DNA of 31,006 nucleotides from a virus. Taxonomy: Duplodnaviria > Caudoviricetes. The stretch is from the IMG/VR virus record IMGVR_UViG_3300020044_004894, positions 1 through 31,006 of that record; one strand, written 5' to 3'. The stretch's first letter is position 1. Each line of letters starts with the position of its first letter. This document shows positions 1 through 9,101 of the stretch, piece after piece. A model generated the notes under the pieces. It was not told where the DNA came from and ran no database searches. It was given only the letters and a program-made list of their open reading frames with translations. A program made the position numbers and the translations under genes.

Positions 1-71
1 ATGGTTTAAAAGTAGCTATTGAAGTTATAAAATTTAAAGTATGGTAAAAACAATTTAAAATCAAATAAGAT

Positions 72-248
72 ATGAAAAAAATAATAAAAAGATTATTGTT
101 TGGTAAGCCATTAACAATGAGTTTATACAAAGATAAGTATGGAAACATATATGGTGGAGTTATTCATAAACAAGATAATAAATCCTATGTAAACATAGTA
201 ATTCATATTGAACAACCTACTTATTTAGGTGAATTAGTAATTTATTAA
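72..248 (+). CDS. Hypothetical protein, 58 aa (MKKIIKRLLFGKP...GELVIY)
   Basis: Manually translated ORF below the track cut-off; fills the gap before 260. Confidence 0.6.
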   Translation: MKKIIKRLLFGKPLTMSLYKDKYGNIYGGVIHKQDNKSYVNIVIHIEQPTYLGELVIY

Positions 249-259
249 AAAAAAATAAA

Positions 260-505
260 ATGACCGAACAAAACAAAGCAATCGAAATTTATAATCAATT
301 TAAATTCGAAACCACAAACGACGAAATCAATAAAATGCTTGAGGACGTTGCATTCTTTTCGTGCAAAATTTTAATCAATGAAATGTTGAAAAATTGCTCA
401 AAGAAAAAATTAATCTATTGGCAAAACGTGAACAAATTTATTTTGGAACATTACACAAATAAAATTCTAAATGTTAGAATCAGCAATCCAGAAGAAAATA
501 ATTAA
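260..505 (+). CDS. Hypothetical protein, 81 aa
   Basis: ORF with an A-rich start context, in operon. Confidence 0.65.
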   Translation: MTEQNKAIEIYNQFKFETTNDEINKMLEDVAFFSCKILINEMLKNCSKKKLIYWQNVNKFILEHYTNKILNVRISNPEENN

Positions 506-707
506 ACGCTATCAATCGCAAGGTTGGTTGGTTGTAAAATTAATTAAAACAAATACAAACGGCATTCCGGATTTAATGTGTTTAAAGAACGGCGAAACGA
601 TTTTTATTGAAGTCAAAGCGCCAACCGGCAAATTGTCGGAATTACAAAAACACCGAATCCAACAATTAGAAAACGAACAATTTAAAGTTTTTGTGTTATA
701 TGAATAG
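471..707 (+). CDS. VRR-NUC domain nuclease (PD-(D/E)XK)
   Basis: E..IQ..I, GIPDL and FIEVK..GKLSELQ motifs typical of phage VRR-NUC. Confidence 0.88.
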   Translation: MLESAIQKKIIKRYQSQGWLVVKLIKTNTNGIPDLMCLKNGETIFIEVKAPTGKLSELQKHRIQQLENEQFKVFVLYE

Positions 708-930
708 TAGTAATAATAAAATGAATGTTATCAATCCGGACGGATCGGTCAATCGAACGAAATTCACAATCCAAGGAATGGAACTCGAAATTGTTGGAAC
801 GTCGTTCGGTGATTCCTGGAGAGCAATCGACGCACACGATACAATCCGAAATCATACAACCGGAAAAAAAACAATTTGGCATCGTGCAAAGTTAAAACAA
901 ATAACGGACAAATTATGCTCGAACAATTAG
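700..930 (+). CDS. Hypothetical protein
   Basis: ORF overlapping both neighbours; ATG at 700 preferred over TTG at 691. Confidence 0.6.
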   Translation: MNSSNNKMNVINPDGSVNRTKFTIQGMELEIVGTSFGDSWRAIDAHDTIRNHTTGKKTIWHRAKLKQITDKLCSNN

Positions 931-1403
931 CAAAACGTCATAACGAATGGTTGAAACTTGCTTTCAAAATTTGTAAGAATTCCGAATATTCAAAAGATTT
1001 GGTCCAGGATATGTATATCAAAGTTTACAATTCCGGCAAGGAATTTGACGAAATAAACGAATGTTATATTTATTTTATAATGCGCAACCAATTTCTTAAT
1101 GAAATCGAAAAGGAAAAGAAATTTGTCGACATTGATATTGATATTTTAAACGAATTTTCCGAGGATTACGATTTTCAAAACGATATCAAACAATCAATCA
1201 CGTTTGAAATATTGAATCGAGAATATAAAAAACTAACTTGGTACGAAAAACAAATCATTGATTTAACGTCCGAATTCGGTCAACGTGGATTGTCACGTCA
1301 AACCGGAATCCACATTCAAACTATACACAACACAACCAAAAAAATAAAATTAAAATTATGGCAAAACGTACAAAAAAAGTTGAGGGAATTGAATATTCAG
1401 TAA
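915..1403 (+). CDS. ECF/sigma-70-like RNA polymerase sigma factor, probable late-gene activator
   Basis: Region-2-like WLKLAFKICKNSEYSKDLVQDMYIKVY and region-4 HTH GQRGLSRQTGIHIQTIHNT; start at ATG 915 preferred over 876. Confidence 0.8.
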   Translation: MLEQLAKRHNEWLKLAFKICKNSEYSKDLVQDMYIKVYNSGKEFDEINECYIYFIMRNQFLNEIEKEKKFVDIDIDILNEFSEDYDFQNDIKQSITFEILNREYKKLTWYEKQIIDLTSEFGQRGLSRQTGIHIQTIHNTTKKIKLKLWQNVQKKLRELNIQ

Positions 1404-1807
1404 AACCAAAACGTCCCTACACAAGAAAAACAATCCAAGGACTTGGCGACGTTGTCGAGGCAATCACCGAGGCGACCGGAATCAAATCAATTGTTGAAAC
1501 AATCACCGAGGCAACCGGGACCGATTGCGGTTGCACCGAAAACAAATTCCTTTTGAATAGGTTGTTTCCTTTTAAACGTGTTTCAAAATGTATGACCGAG
1601 CAACACAAAGAACAATTCAAATTGTTTCTTGACGATTGCGGAACTCGTGTTTTAGAAAACCGCGTTACCGACATAACAAATCACGTTTCATTTTTAAATG
1701 ATTTGTATCACGAATACTTTGCAATCAAAATTGATATTTGCGAAAATTGTTCGGGAATCCACAAAGCAATTATTAAGGATTTAAATAAATTATATTTGAA
1801 TTCGTAA
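1358..1807 (+). CDS. Cys-rich hypothetical protein (GLGD...DCGC...CENC)
   Basis: ORF between the sigma factor and terS; possible metal binding; short internal duplication (ITEATG twice). Confidence 0.7.
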   Translation: MAKRTKKVEGIEYSVKPKRPYTRKTIQGLGDVVEAITEATGIKSIVETITEATGTDCGCTENKFLLNRLFPFKRVSKCMTEQHKEQFKLFLDDCGTRVLENRVTDITNHVSFLNDLYHEYFAIKIDICENCSGIHKAIIKDLNKLYLNS

Positions 1808-1827
1808 ACGATAAATATCGTATTCAT

Positions 1828-2139
1828 ATGGTACGCGACGAAAAAGGACATTTTTTAAAAGGACACAAAGGACTTAAGCCGAAAGGAGTCACACACGCGC
1901 TCACTTTGGAGGCGAGGGAATTGTTTATAATGACTTTGGAATCGCAAGTTCCAAATGTTCAACAAGCCTTTGCGGACGTGCTTGAAAAGGATCCGGCAAA
2001 GTATTTGGATTTGTTCGCAAAGTATGCGCAATATTTCATTCCGAAAAAGGTTGAATCCGAAGTGAACTTTAATATTGAAAAACCAATCTTTAAACAATTA
2101 GAACTCGATGTCATTTCAACAGACGACGGCCCAAAGTAA
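1828..2139 (+). CDS. terS: Terminase small subunit (putative)
   Basis: Directly upstream of and overlapping terL; N-terminal RDEKGHFLKG...KPKG motif. Confidence 0.65.
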   Translation: MVRDEKGHFLKGHKGLKPKGVTHALTLEARELFIMTLESQVPNVQQAFADVLEKDPAKYLDLFAKYAQYFIPKKVESEVNFNIEKPIFKQLELDVISTDDGPK

Positions 2140-3271
2140 AATCGCAAAACTTCGCAAACGAATTCGAATCGTCCAGGGAGGAACGTCAAGTTCGAAAACC
2201 TTTTCGATAATTCCTTTGCTTATATCTTACGCAATTCAAAATCCAATGTCGGAAATTTCCGTTGTATCGGAATCAATCCCGCATTTGAAACGTGGAGCGA
2301 TAAAAGATTTTCAAAAAATTATGATTCTTTGCGATTTGTACAAGGACCAAAATTTCAACAAATCCGATTTGAAATATAGATTCAACAACGGAAGTTTCAT
2401 TGAATTCTTTTCAGTAGACCAACCGGATAAATTGAGAGGTGCGAGGCGTGACATTTTATTTGTAAATGAGTGCAACAATATTGACTTTGAATCCTATCAA
2501 CAATTAGCAGTTCGAACGAAAAAGTTTATTTATTTAGATTACAACCCAACGTCGGAATTTTGGGTGCATACTGAATTAATCAACGACATTGATTCGGACT
2601 TTGTTATTTTGACGTACAAGGACAACGAGGCACTCGATCCGGCAATCATTCGGGAAATTGAAAAGGCAAAAGAAAAAGCGAAGACGTCTTCGTATTGGGC
2701 GAATTGGTGGCAAGTTTATGGACTTGGGAAAATTGGTTCCCTGGAGGGTGTTATTTTTTCAAATTGGAAAATCATTGACAACATTCCAAGCGAAGCCAAT
2801 TTGTTAGGTTTCGGACTTGACTTTGGTTTCACTAATGATCCGACGGCATTCGTTTCGGTTTACGAATTCAATAACCAAATAATTGTTGACGAAAAGATTT
2901 ATACAACCGGACTTTTGAATTCGGATATTATTCGTAGAATGGACCAGGATAAAAGATTCCCAATTTACGCCGATTCAGCCGAGCCGAAAACAATCGAGGA
3001 AATAAGACGGGCCGGATTCAATATCAAACCGGTGACAAAGGGAAAAGATTCAATTTCATACGGAATTGCAATCCTACAAGAAAAAGACATTTTAATTACG
3101 AAATCAAGCACTAATTTGATTAAGGAATTACGTTCGTATAGTTGGGACACTGATAAGACCGGAAAACGCCTTAATAAACCAATTGACGAAATGAATCACG
3201 CAATTGACGCGTTGCGTTACTTTGCAATGAGTCATTTTAAAATTATAAATAAAAAGTTTCGCGTTTCGTAA
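2108..3271 (+). CDS. terL: Terminase large subunit, PBSX/SPP1-like family
   Basis: Walker A QGGTSSSKT, Walker B ILFVNE, LDYNP, nuclease motifs GLDFGF, YADSAEP and NHAIDALRY. Confidence 0.96.
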   Translation: MSFQQTTAQSKIAKLRKRIRIVQGGTSSSKTFSIIPLLISYAIQNPMSEISVVSESIPHLKRGAIKDFQKIMILCDLYKDQNFNKSDLKYRFNNGSFIEFFSVDQPDKLRGARRDILFVNECNNIDFESYQQLAVRTKKFIYLDYNPTSEFWVHTELINDIDSDFVILTYKDNEALDPAIIREIEKAKEKAKTSSYWANWWQVYGLGKIGSLEGVIFSNWKIIDNIPSEANLLGFGLDFGFTNDPTAFVSVYEFNNQIIVDEKIYTTGLLNSDIIRRMDQDKRFPIYADSAEPKTIEEIRRAGFNIKPVTKGKDSISYGIAILQEKDILITKSSTNLIKELRSYSWDTDKTGKRLNKPIDEMNHAIDALRYFAMSHFKIINKKFRVS

Positions 3272-3286
3272 ATTATTATTATATTG
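3258..3286 (+). promoter_or_regulatory. Possible host-sigma (Bacteroidota -33/-7 type) promoter
   Basis: TTCG...TATATTG is an imperfect match to TTTG-N19-21-TAnnTTTG. Confidence 0.35.
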
Positions 3287-3289
3287 CAA

Positions 3290-3442
3290 TCGTTTTCATA
3301 GTACAATTGTTTGGTTTTTGATTAATAATTATTTGGGGAAAGATTAATTAATCAATTAAGTTAGTAACGTAAACAAGTGTTTTGCTTGTTAAAGCCTCTT
3401 ACTATCGAAAGGCACTCACTTTTTAAGTGGGTGTTTTTTTTT
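3290..3442 (+). ncRNA. Candidate structured small RNA
   Basis: No long ORF; promoter-like motif upstream; hairpins 3318-3355, 3372-3390, 3394-3413 and a terminator. Confidence 0.4.
3412..3442 (+). terminator. Intrinsic terminator
   Basis: Stem GCACTCACT/AGTGGGTGT (with G-U pairs), 5-nt loop, T-run 3434-3442. Confidence 0.85.
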
Positions 3443-3699
3443 GCGTGACGATGACACAAAGACGATTCCCTCTATATACGCTTTACTACTGAAAAAAAAA
3501 CACACTCCCCCCCAAAAAATGAAAATTTTGCGTCTTTCCGTCTAATATAAACTTTATTAATTTTATAATTTGTTTAATATCAATACTTTACAAGTCAAAA
3601 AATAGTCAAAAAAGCGTGACGCAAAATTTCGTTTGCGTCTGTTTTTAACAATTTGCGTCTTTTATTAACATACTTTTTAAGATTTGCGTCACGTTTTTT
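3441..3699. repeat. Iteron cluster (GACGC/GCGTC core), probable replication origin element
   Basis: TTTGCGTC at 3527, 3632, 3652 and 3683; GCGTGACG at 3443 and 3614; inverted repeat 3611-3625/3683-3697 (14/15); AGTCAAAAAA twice (3593, 3604). Confidence 0.75.
3578..3590 (+). promoter_or_regulatory. IHF-like binding site
   Basis: TATCAATACTTTA matches WATCAANNNNTTR and sits between the two iteron sub-clusters; AT-rich context raises the chance of a random match. Confidence 0.45.
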
Positions 3700-3797
3700 G
3701 TATATGTAAGCAAAAACGTTTACATTTTTACTCTTTTTATATATTTCCTTTACGCGAGGAATCGATTTAAATAGAATATAATAGTAATAAAAGAATG

Positions 3798-3822
3798 CTT
3801 ATTTAGAATGATTCTAAATAAG
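3798..3822. promoter_or_regulatory. Perfect 12-1-12 palindromic operator, Fur-box-like
   Basis: CTTATTTAGAAT-G-ATTCTAAATAAG; core ATTTAGAATnATTCTAAAT. Confidence 0.75.
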
Positions 3823-3837
3823 GTAATAAAAAAGCAA

Positions 3838-3860
3838 ACAAAATTGGTTTTAGTTGTTAT
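3838..3860 (+). promoter_or_regulatory. Putative late promoter ACA-N15-GTTAT
   Basis: Motif shared with 11174-11195 and 13891-13912, each heading a structural block. Confidence 0.45.
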
Positions 3861-3879
3861 ATTATTAAATGATATATTT

Positions 3880-4572
3880 ATGAGAATTACAATTCCGACC
3901 GATTTGTCCGAAATTAAATTGAATCAGTATTTAAGATATTCAAAGGTATTACAAGACAACCAGGAAGACGAAACATTTATTGCTATTCAAATGGTTTCAA
4001 TCTTTTGCAAATTAAAGATTGACGAGGTTATGAAAATACAGGCTCACGATTTTGCGGAAATCGTTGAACAAATTTCCGAGGTGTTAAAACAAAAGCCGTC
4101 TTTGGTTTATACGTTCAAATTGAACGGAAAAAAATTCGGATTCGTTCCGAACTTTGACGAAGAGTCAATCGGGACATTTGCATACATTGACACGCATTTA
4201 GGAAACGAGGACAATTGGACGAAATTAATGTCGGCAATGTACCGACCAATAACAAAGCAAGTTGGCAAGTTTTACGAAATTGAGGGCTTCCAAGGCGACA
4301 AATTTGCGGAGGAGTTTTCCGATATTACAATGGATTGCGTTGTTGGTGCGTTGCTTTTTTTTTGGAGTTTAAAAATCGAATTAATGAACAATATATTGGA
4401 TTATTCGGACAACATATTGAGGACGAACAAGAGTTTGGAGGCGGAAACAATTTTGGCCAACGCTGGGGTTGGTATGCTTCAATTGTCAAAATTGCGAGAG
4501 GAAATTTCTTTGACATTGAACGAGCAGAAAATGCAAACATACATTTTGCGCTTACCTACCTTTTGTATCTAA
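3880..4572 (+). CDS. Putative tail assembly chaperone, 0-frame product (230 aa)
   Basis: First gene of the tail block; contains a T9 slippery run at 4355-4363; start MRITIP at 3880 preferred. Confidence 0.6.
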   Translation: MRITIPTDLSEIKLNQYLRYSKVLQDNQEDETFIAIQMVSIFCKLKIDEVMKIQAHDFAEIVEQISEVLKQKPSLVYTFKLNGKKFGFVPNFDEESIGTFAYIDTHLGNEDNWTKLMSAMYRPITKQVGKFYEIEGFQGDKFAEEFSDITMDCVVGALLFFWSLKIELMNNILDYSDNILRTNKSLEAETILANAGVGMLQLSKLREEISLTLNEQKMQTYILRLPTFCI

Positions 4573-4631
4573 AAGAACAAGACGAGGAACAAGCGAAACA
4601 AATAAATAATAAATTCAAAACGAATGAATGA
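4362..4631 (+). CDS. -1 frameshift extension of the 3880 gene (LEFKNR...RWGWY...KTNE)
   Basis: ORF in the -1 frame with no ATG; becomes protein-like exactly at T TTT TTT; overlaps the next start at 4624. Confidence 0.65.
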   Translation: MEFKNRINEQYIGLFGQHIEDEQEFGGGNNFGQRWGWYASIVKIARGNFFDIERAENANIHFALTYLLYLKEQDEEQAKQINNKFKTNE

Positions 4632-5079
4632 ATTTTATAAAATAATAGAATTTTTAAAAACGACGATTGATTCGAATCCGCTCGTTAATACAATAACACA
4701 CGGCACACCGGATTTGATTGATATTGATAAAAAAAATATCTATCCGCTTGTTCATTTAAACGTCACGCAATCGCAAATTCTAAATGGTTATGTGACATTT
4801 GATTTTGAAATCACTTCGTTGGATATTCGCAACGTTTCAAAAGTGAATGTTCGTGACAAATTTTTGGGCAATGACAACGAACTTGACAACCTTAACACGT
4901 GCCACGCAATTTTGAATCATTTAATCACGAAACTAAAATTGCAATACAATGACTACGACGTTGAGTTGTTAAACGAGCCGAGTTTGGCTCCTATGCTTTT
5001 ACAATTTTCAAATCAATTGGACGGGTGGCAAGTTACATTGACGCTTGGAATTAAGAACGAAGTAATTGTTTGTGATTAA
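4624..5079 (+). CDS. Putative tail terminator/completion protein
   Basis: Size, YPLVHL strand motif and position in the tail block. Confidence 0.55.
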   Translation: MNEFYKIIEFLKTTIDSNPLVNTITHGTPDLIDIDKKNIYPLVHLNVTQSQILNGYVTFDFEITSLDIRNVSKVNVRDKFLGNDNELDNLNTCHAILNHLITKLKLQYNDYDVELLNEPSLAPMLLQFSNQLDGWQVTLTLGIKNEVIVCD

Positions 5080-5603
5080 TGGAACAACAAGAAGTTCAAA
5101 AGACGTTCGAAGAGTTTGGCAATTATGTAATTGAACGAGCAAAGTCGAATTTAAAAGCCGACGGAAAACACGCGTCCGGAAAATTAATCAATTCCCTGGA
5201 TTACGAATTCAAAGTCAATCCGAATTCAATCGAGTTTGATTTTTACGCCGAGGACTATTGGAAATTTGTTGACAAAGGTGTCAAGGGAAAATTTTCAAGT
5301 GCAAAGGCTCCCGATTCACCATATCAATTTGGAAGTGGTACCGGAAAAAAAGGCGGTTTACGAAGTGCAATTGACAAGTGGGTAATTCGCAAAGGATTGA
5401 CGAATGTTCGTGACAAGCAAGGGCGATTCATTAATCGTAAACAAATGGTTTCAATGATTTCACGTTCGATTTATAATCGCGGTATAAAATCAACGCATTT
5501 TTTCAGTAAACCATTCGAAGACGGATTTAAAAGTTTGCCGGACGAATTATTGGAATCATACGGCAAGGACTTTGATAAATTTTTAATAAAAGAAATACAA
5601 TAA
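5079..5603 (+). CDS. HK97 gp10-like tail/neck component
   Basis: SGKLINSL, YWKFVDKG and GIK.THFFSKPF motifs. Confidence 0.6.
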   Translation: MEQQEVQKTFEEFGNYVIERAKSNLKADGKHASGKLINSLDYEFKVNPNSIEFDFYAEDYWKFVDKGVKGKFSSAKAPDSPYQFGSGTGKKGGLRSAIDKWVIRKGLTNVRDKQGRFINRKQMVSMISRSIYNRGIKSTHFFSKPFEDGFKSLPDELLESYGKDFDKFLIKEIQ

Positions 5604-6647
5604 ATGAAAAAAATATTTGTACGTTCACCTTATACAATTGCAATTGATGAGGCGGGACAAATCGGAAGTCGAATCGAATTATTTGTTTGGAATTTAGGAA
5701 GCGTCGAGCCGAGCGATCCAAGTTATACATTTACAAAGGATATTGTTTCGGCAACGCAAACGGAAAACGTTTACAATATATCAAACGCAATTCGTGAATA
5801 TATTTCAATTATAAGACCAATTGACGGAAGTGGCTCGGTATCTGTTGAAGAGGCGAACAACTATTGTTTTGCAAAAGTAAAAAGATACTACAAAGACGAC
5901 ACGAACACGTTTAATTTAATAGACGAGGAAACATTTGTTTGCTTTGAGGGTTACACCAATTTTTTAGGCGGTGCAAATCAAAACTACACTTCAACATTTG
6001 TTCCTTTATTCAATCAAAATTTAAAAATTTACAAAGACGAAACGGCGGTTAATTATGTAAACGTTTGGTTGGAGGTTGGCGAATATAGATTTCAACAACC
6101 TTTTGGAAATACTACAATTGTAGTGACTGAATCGGCTCTTTATAGATTAGAATATTCGGCAACTGCTACTTATACACTTCAAGAAAAAATTGACTTGGAT
6201 CCGGGTTTTATGTATGTGACACTATTCACGTTTGACGTTGAAACAATTTGCGAGGCGAAATATACACCTTTGAATTGTGCGTTCATTAATCGTTTTGGAG
6301 GTTGGTCGTTTTTTACATTTTTCAAAGCGAATCAACAATCTATTGAAGTGAAATCGAACACGTTTAATTTAATGCCACAAAGTTGGAATTATAACACTTA
6401 TGTAGGTGCAAATAAAAACTTTAATTTTAGTGGAACGCAAAAAATAACTTGCAACACCGGTTGGATTGACGAATCACATTTTGAATTGATTCAAGACTTA
6501 ATGGTTTCGGAAACGATATTGCTTGACAACGTTCCGGTGATTTGTAAAAGTCAAAGCACGGATATTAAAACGCATTTAAAAGATAAAAATATAAATTATA
6601 CAATCAATTTTGAGTATAATTATAACTTAATAAACGACGTAATTTAA
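5604..6647 (+). CDS. Tail tip structural protein (Dit-like, putative)
   Basis: FINRFGGW and NTGWI motifs, beta-rich; precedes the large hub protein. Confidence 0.55.
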   Translation: MKKIFVRSPYTIAIDEAGQIGSRIELFVWNLGSVEPSDPSYTFTKDIVSATQTENVYNISNAIREYISIIRPIDGSGSVSVEEANNYCFAKVKRYYKDDTNTFNLIDEETFVCFEGYTNFLGGANQNYTSTFVPLFNQNLKIYKDETAVNYVNVWLEVGEYRFQQPFGNTTIVVTESALYRLEYSATATYTLQEKIDLDPGFMYVTLFTFDVETICEAKYTPLNCAFINRFGGWSFFTFFKANQQSIEVKSNTFNLMPQSWNYNTYVGANKNFNFSGTQKITCNTGWIDESHFELIQDLMVSETILLDNVPVICKSQSTDIKTHLKDKNINYTINFEYNYNLINDVI

Positions 6648-8965
6648 TGAATGTAAATTTATACATATACGTTGACGAGGTTACAACGCAAATTTCACCT
6701 TTGAGTTGTGATTCTACGTTGTATGATGCAGATTCAACTTTGATTAGTTGCGACGAAATTGGAACGATTACGTCAACGACGAACAATGTTGCAAGGAAAA
6801 TTGATTTATTTTCCGACGAAAAAATTTCGGTTACTTCGTCAATTCAAAATATCAATGACATTTCAAAAGTTTTCACGGATTATTCGCAAACGTTCACAAT
6901 ACCAGCGTCAAACAACAACAATAAAATTTTTAAACATTGGTACGAAAACGCAATTGACAACGGATTCAATCAATTGATTAGATACAATGGATTTATTGAA
7001 ATTGATTCTCGTGTGTTTCGTGTTGGTCGTTGGCAATTAGAAAGCGCCTCGATTAAAGAAAACAAAATTGAAAATTACAAAATAACATTCTACGGAAATC
7101 TATTGTCATTGACGGACAAATTCGGCGAAGACAAACTTTCGGACATTCAAGAATTAAACGCATATACAATTGACTATTCTGGTGCGAATGTCGGTGCCTT
7201 AATTGAATCAACTGCGGACGACAATTTAATGTTTCCTTTGATTAGTTCAAAAAGAGTTTGGCAATATGGCGGTGGCGGTGCGGACGATATTTCAAATTCG
7301 GCAACACCAATAATTTACAACGAACTTGCACCGGCTTTAAAAATTGCGCGAATATTTGAAGCGATTAAGGCGAAATATAATGTTACATTCAACGGAAACT
7401 TTTTGTCACAATCACGATTTGACAACGCGTTTTTGTGGTTGAAAAACAAAGAAATATTTTCGCAATTGTCGCAACCGGTTAAAATTGATTTTACCGGCGT
7501 TATAAGTGAGGGTTTTGGCGGTGGATATGTTGCGGTTGATTTTGATACAGAAAATTACACTTCGTTTTCTTCGGCTTATAATTTAAACGAATTAACTCAA
7601 ATGTTTTTGACGTTGACGACATCGTGCAATTGGATAGTAAATTTTTACAAAAATGGAAATTTTTATTTCACAATGAACGGGACCGGAACAAACATTGATA
7701 TTAATGTAATTGCCGAAAGTATGAATGCGGACGGAACTTCGAATGAATACTATATGACAATTCAAACGAGTGTTCCGGTAACTTATTCGGGCAATATGTA
7801 TACTTCCTACGACGTTTGGGACGGGTTTGGAAGTTACGAATCACATTTTACAAATTATTCAATTGCGGGAACAACCGGCGGACAATTAGATTTGACGAAA
7901 TACGTTCCGGATATGAAAGTCGCTGACTTTGTAAGCGGAATTTTAAAAATGTTTAATTTGACGGCATTCAGTGACAACGAAAAAGATTATACTTTCGAGC
8001 AACTTGAAAATTGGTATTACCAGGGCCAAATTAAAAATTTCACCGAATACACAATCACGGATTTGGATTTTGAAAGGATTAAGGCATACAAGAAAATAAA
8101 CTTTCAATTTGAGAAATCGGATTCGTTTATGAATCGTTCGTTTTATGATAATTCCGGACGAGAGTATGCGGATTTAACATATAACTTTAATATTGACGGA
8201 AACGATTTGACAATTAAATTGCCGTTTGAAACTTTGTTATTTAACAAATTCACCGGAAACAATTTGCAAGTTGCCTATTCAGTTGACAAAAATTTTGCTC
8301 CTTATATTACAAAACCGGTGATTTTATACAAATTGCAAAACGTTGAATTGGATCACGATTTTTATTTTAATACCGGTACCGGAACAACTACAATTGGAAA
8401 ATATAATATTTTCGGACAAGACGTTTCGTATAGCGGTCAAATTCATTCTTTGAATTTTGGTCAAGAAATTTCTTCGTATTTTTTAAATTCAGTTCCAAAT
8501 TCATTATTCAACGATTATTATTATAACTATTTAATCAATTTATATTCGTTAAAATCTCGAATGGTTAAGGTTAAAATGCGTTTGCCTTACAATGAATTGC
8601 TTGACTTGAAATTGAATGATAGAATTGTAATTCGTGACAAACGATATATTATTAATCAGTTTACAACTGACTTGACAACATTTGAAGTTTCAATGGAATT
8701 GATTCAAGATTTTAGAACAATTACGTTTCCGAATTTTGGAGGACGAACAATTGACAACCAGGCGCAAACAATTCGTTTTGATTATGTTGCAAATGAGGTT
8801 TTGGATTGGGTTGTTGGAAGCGATCCGGACGGAATGATTGTTTCAATTACAAGTTTCGACGGATATTTTGAAGTTGTAGTTAATGAAAACACAACAAGCA
8901 CGGATTTGTTTTATAGTATAACAAATAGAAATTTAGATTTAATCGTAATCACACAAAATGGATAA
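6647..8965 (+). CDS. Baseplate hub / tail tip protein (772 aa)
   Basis: IDLF.DE, DYSQTFTIPA..NN.IF, PDMK..DF..I.KMFNL and LKLND.I motifs. Confidence 0.65.
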   Translation: MNVNLYIYVDEVTTQISPLSCDSTLYDADSTLISCDEIGTITSTTNNVARKIDLFSDEKISVTSSIQNINDISKVFTDYSQTFTIPASNNNNKIFKHWYENAIDNGFNQLIRYNGFIEIDSRVFRVGRWQLESASIKENKIENYKITFYGNLLSLTDKFGEDKLSDIQELNAYTIDYSGANVGALIESTADDNLMFPLISSKRVWQYGGGGADDISNSATPIIYNELAPALKIARIFEAIKAKYNVTFNGNFLSQSRFDNAFLWLKNKEIFSQLSQPVKIDFTGVISEGFGGGYVAVDFDTENYTSFSSAYNLNELTQMFLTLTTSCNWIVNFYKNGNFYFTMNGTGTNIDINVIAESMNADGTSNEYYMTIQTSVPVTYSGNMYTSYDVWDGFGSYESHFTNYSIAGTTGGQLDLTKYVPDMKVADFVSGILKMFNLTAFSDNEKDYTFEQLENWYYQGQIKNFTEYTITDLDFERIKAYKKINFQFEKSDSFMNRSFYDNSGREYADLTYNFNIDGNDLTIKLPFETLLFNKFTGNNLQVAYSVDKNFAPYITKPVILYKLQNVELDHDFYFNTGTGTTTIGKYNIFGQDVSYSGQIHSLNFGQEISSYFLNSVPNSLFNDYYYNYLINLYSLKSRMVKVKMRLPYNELLDLKLNDRIVIRDKRYIINQFTTDLTTFEVSMELIQDFRTITFPNFGGRTIDNQAQTIRFDYVANEVLDWVVGSDPDGMIVSITSFDGYFEVVVNENTTSTDLFYSITNRNLDLIVITQNG

Positions 8966-9101
8966 TTTATTTGAGTTGCTAAAATTAGCACAAAATTTCG
9001 AGGCGAATGAAATCATTTCAATTGCAAAAGGGAAATATCAATTTCCGAAAAATTTAAAACAAATTCTTAAAATAGCAAAACAATGGCGATTGAAAAAATA
9101 A
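8958..9101 (+). CDS. Small protein, 47 aa (MDNLFELLK...IAKGKY...WRLKK)
   Basis: Manually translated; overlaps both neighbours and fills the gap before the tape measure gene. Confidence 0.65.
   Translation: MDNLFELLKLAQNFEANEIISIAKGKYQFPKNLKQILKIAKQWRLKK

Noticed and set aside
1460-1520. CAATCACCGAGGC direct repeat
   Set aside because: In-frame 39-bp coding duplication (ITEATG twice); no sign of a regulatory role
3631-3693. Mini-CRISPR or toxin-antitoxin RNA repeat
   Set aside because: Units are too short, occur in both orientations and recur at 23421-23524, which fits protein-binding iterons
3578-3822. attP site (IHF site plus palindrome)
   Set aside because: No tyrosine or serine recombinase in the window
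3808-3879. Upstream start of the 254-aa ORF
   Set aside because: Lies within the palindromic operator and the promoter motif; ATG 3880 is more plausible
3272-3880. tRNA gene in the non-coding hub
   Set aside because: No cloverleaf or T-loop GTTCGA consensus recognisable
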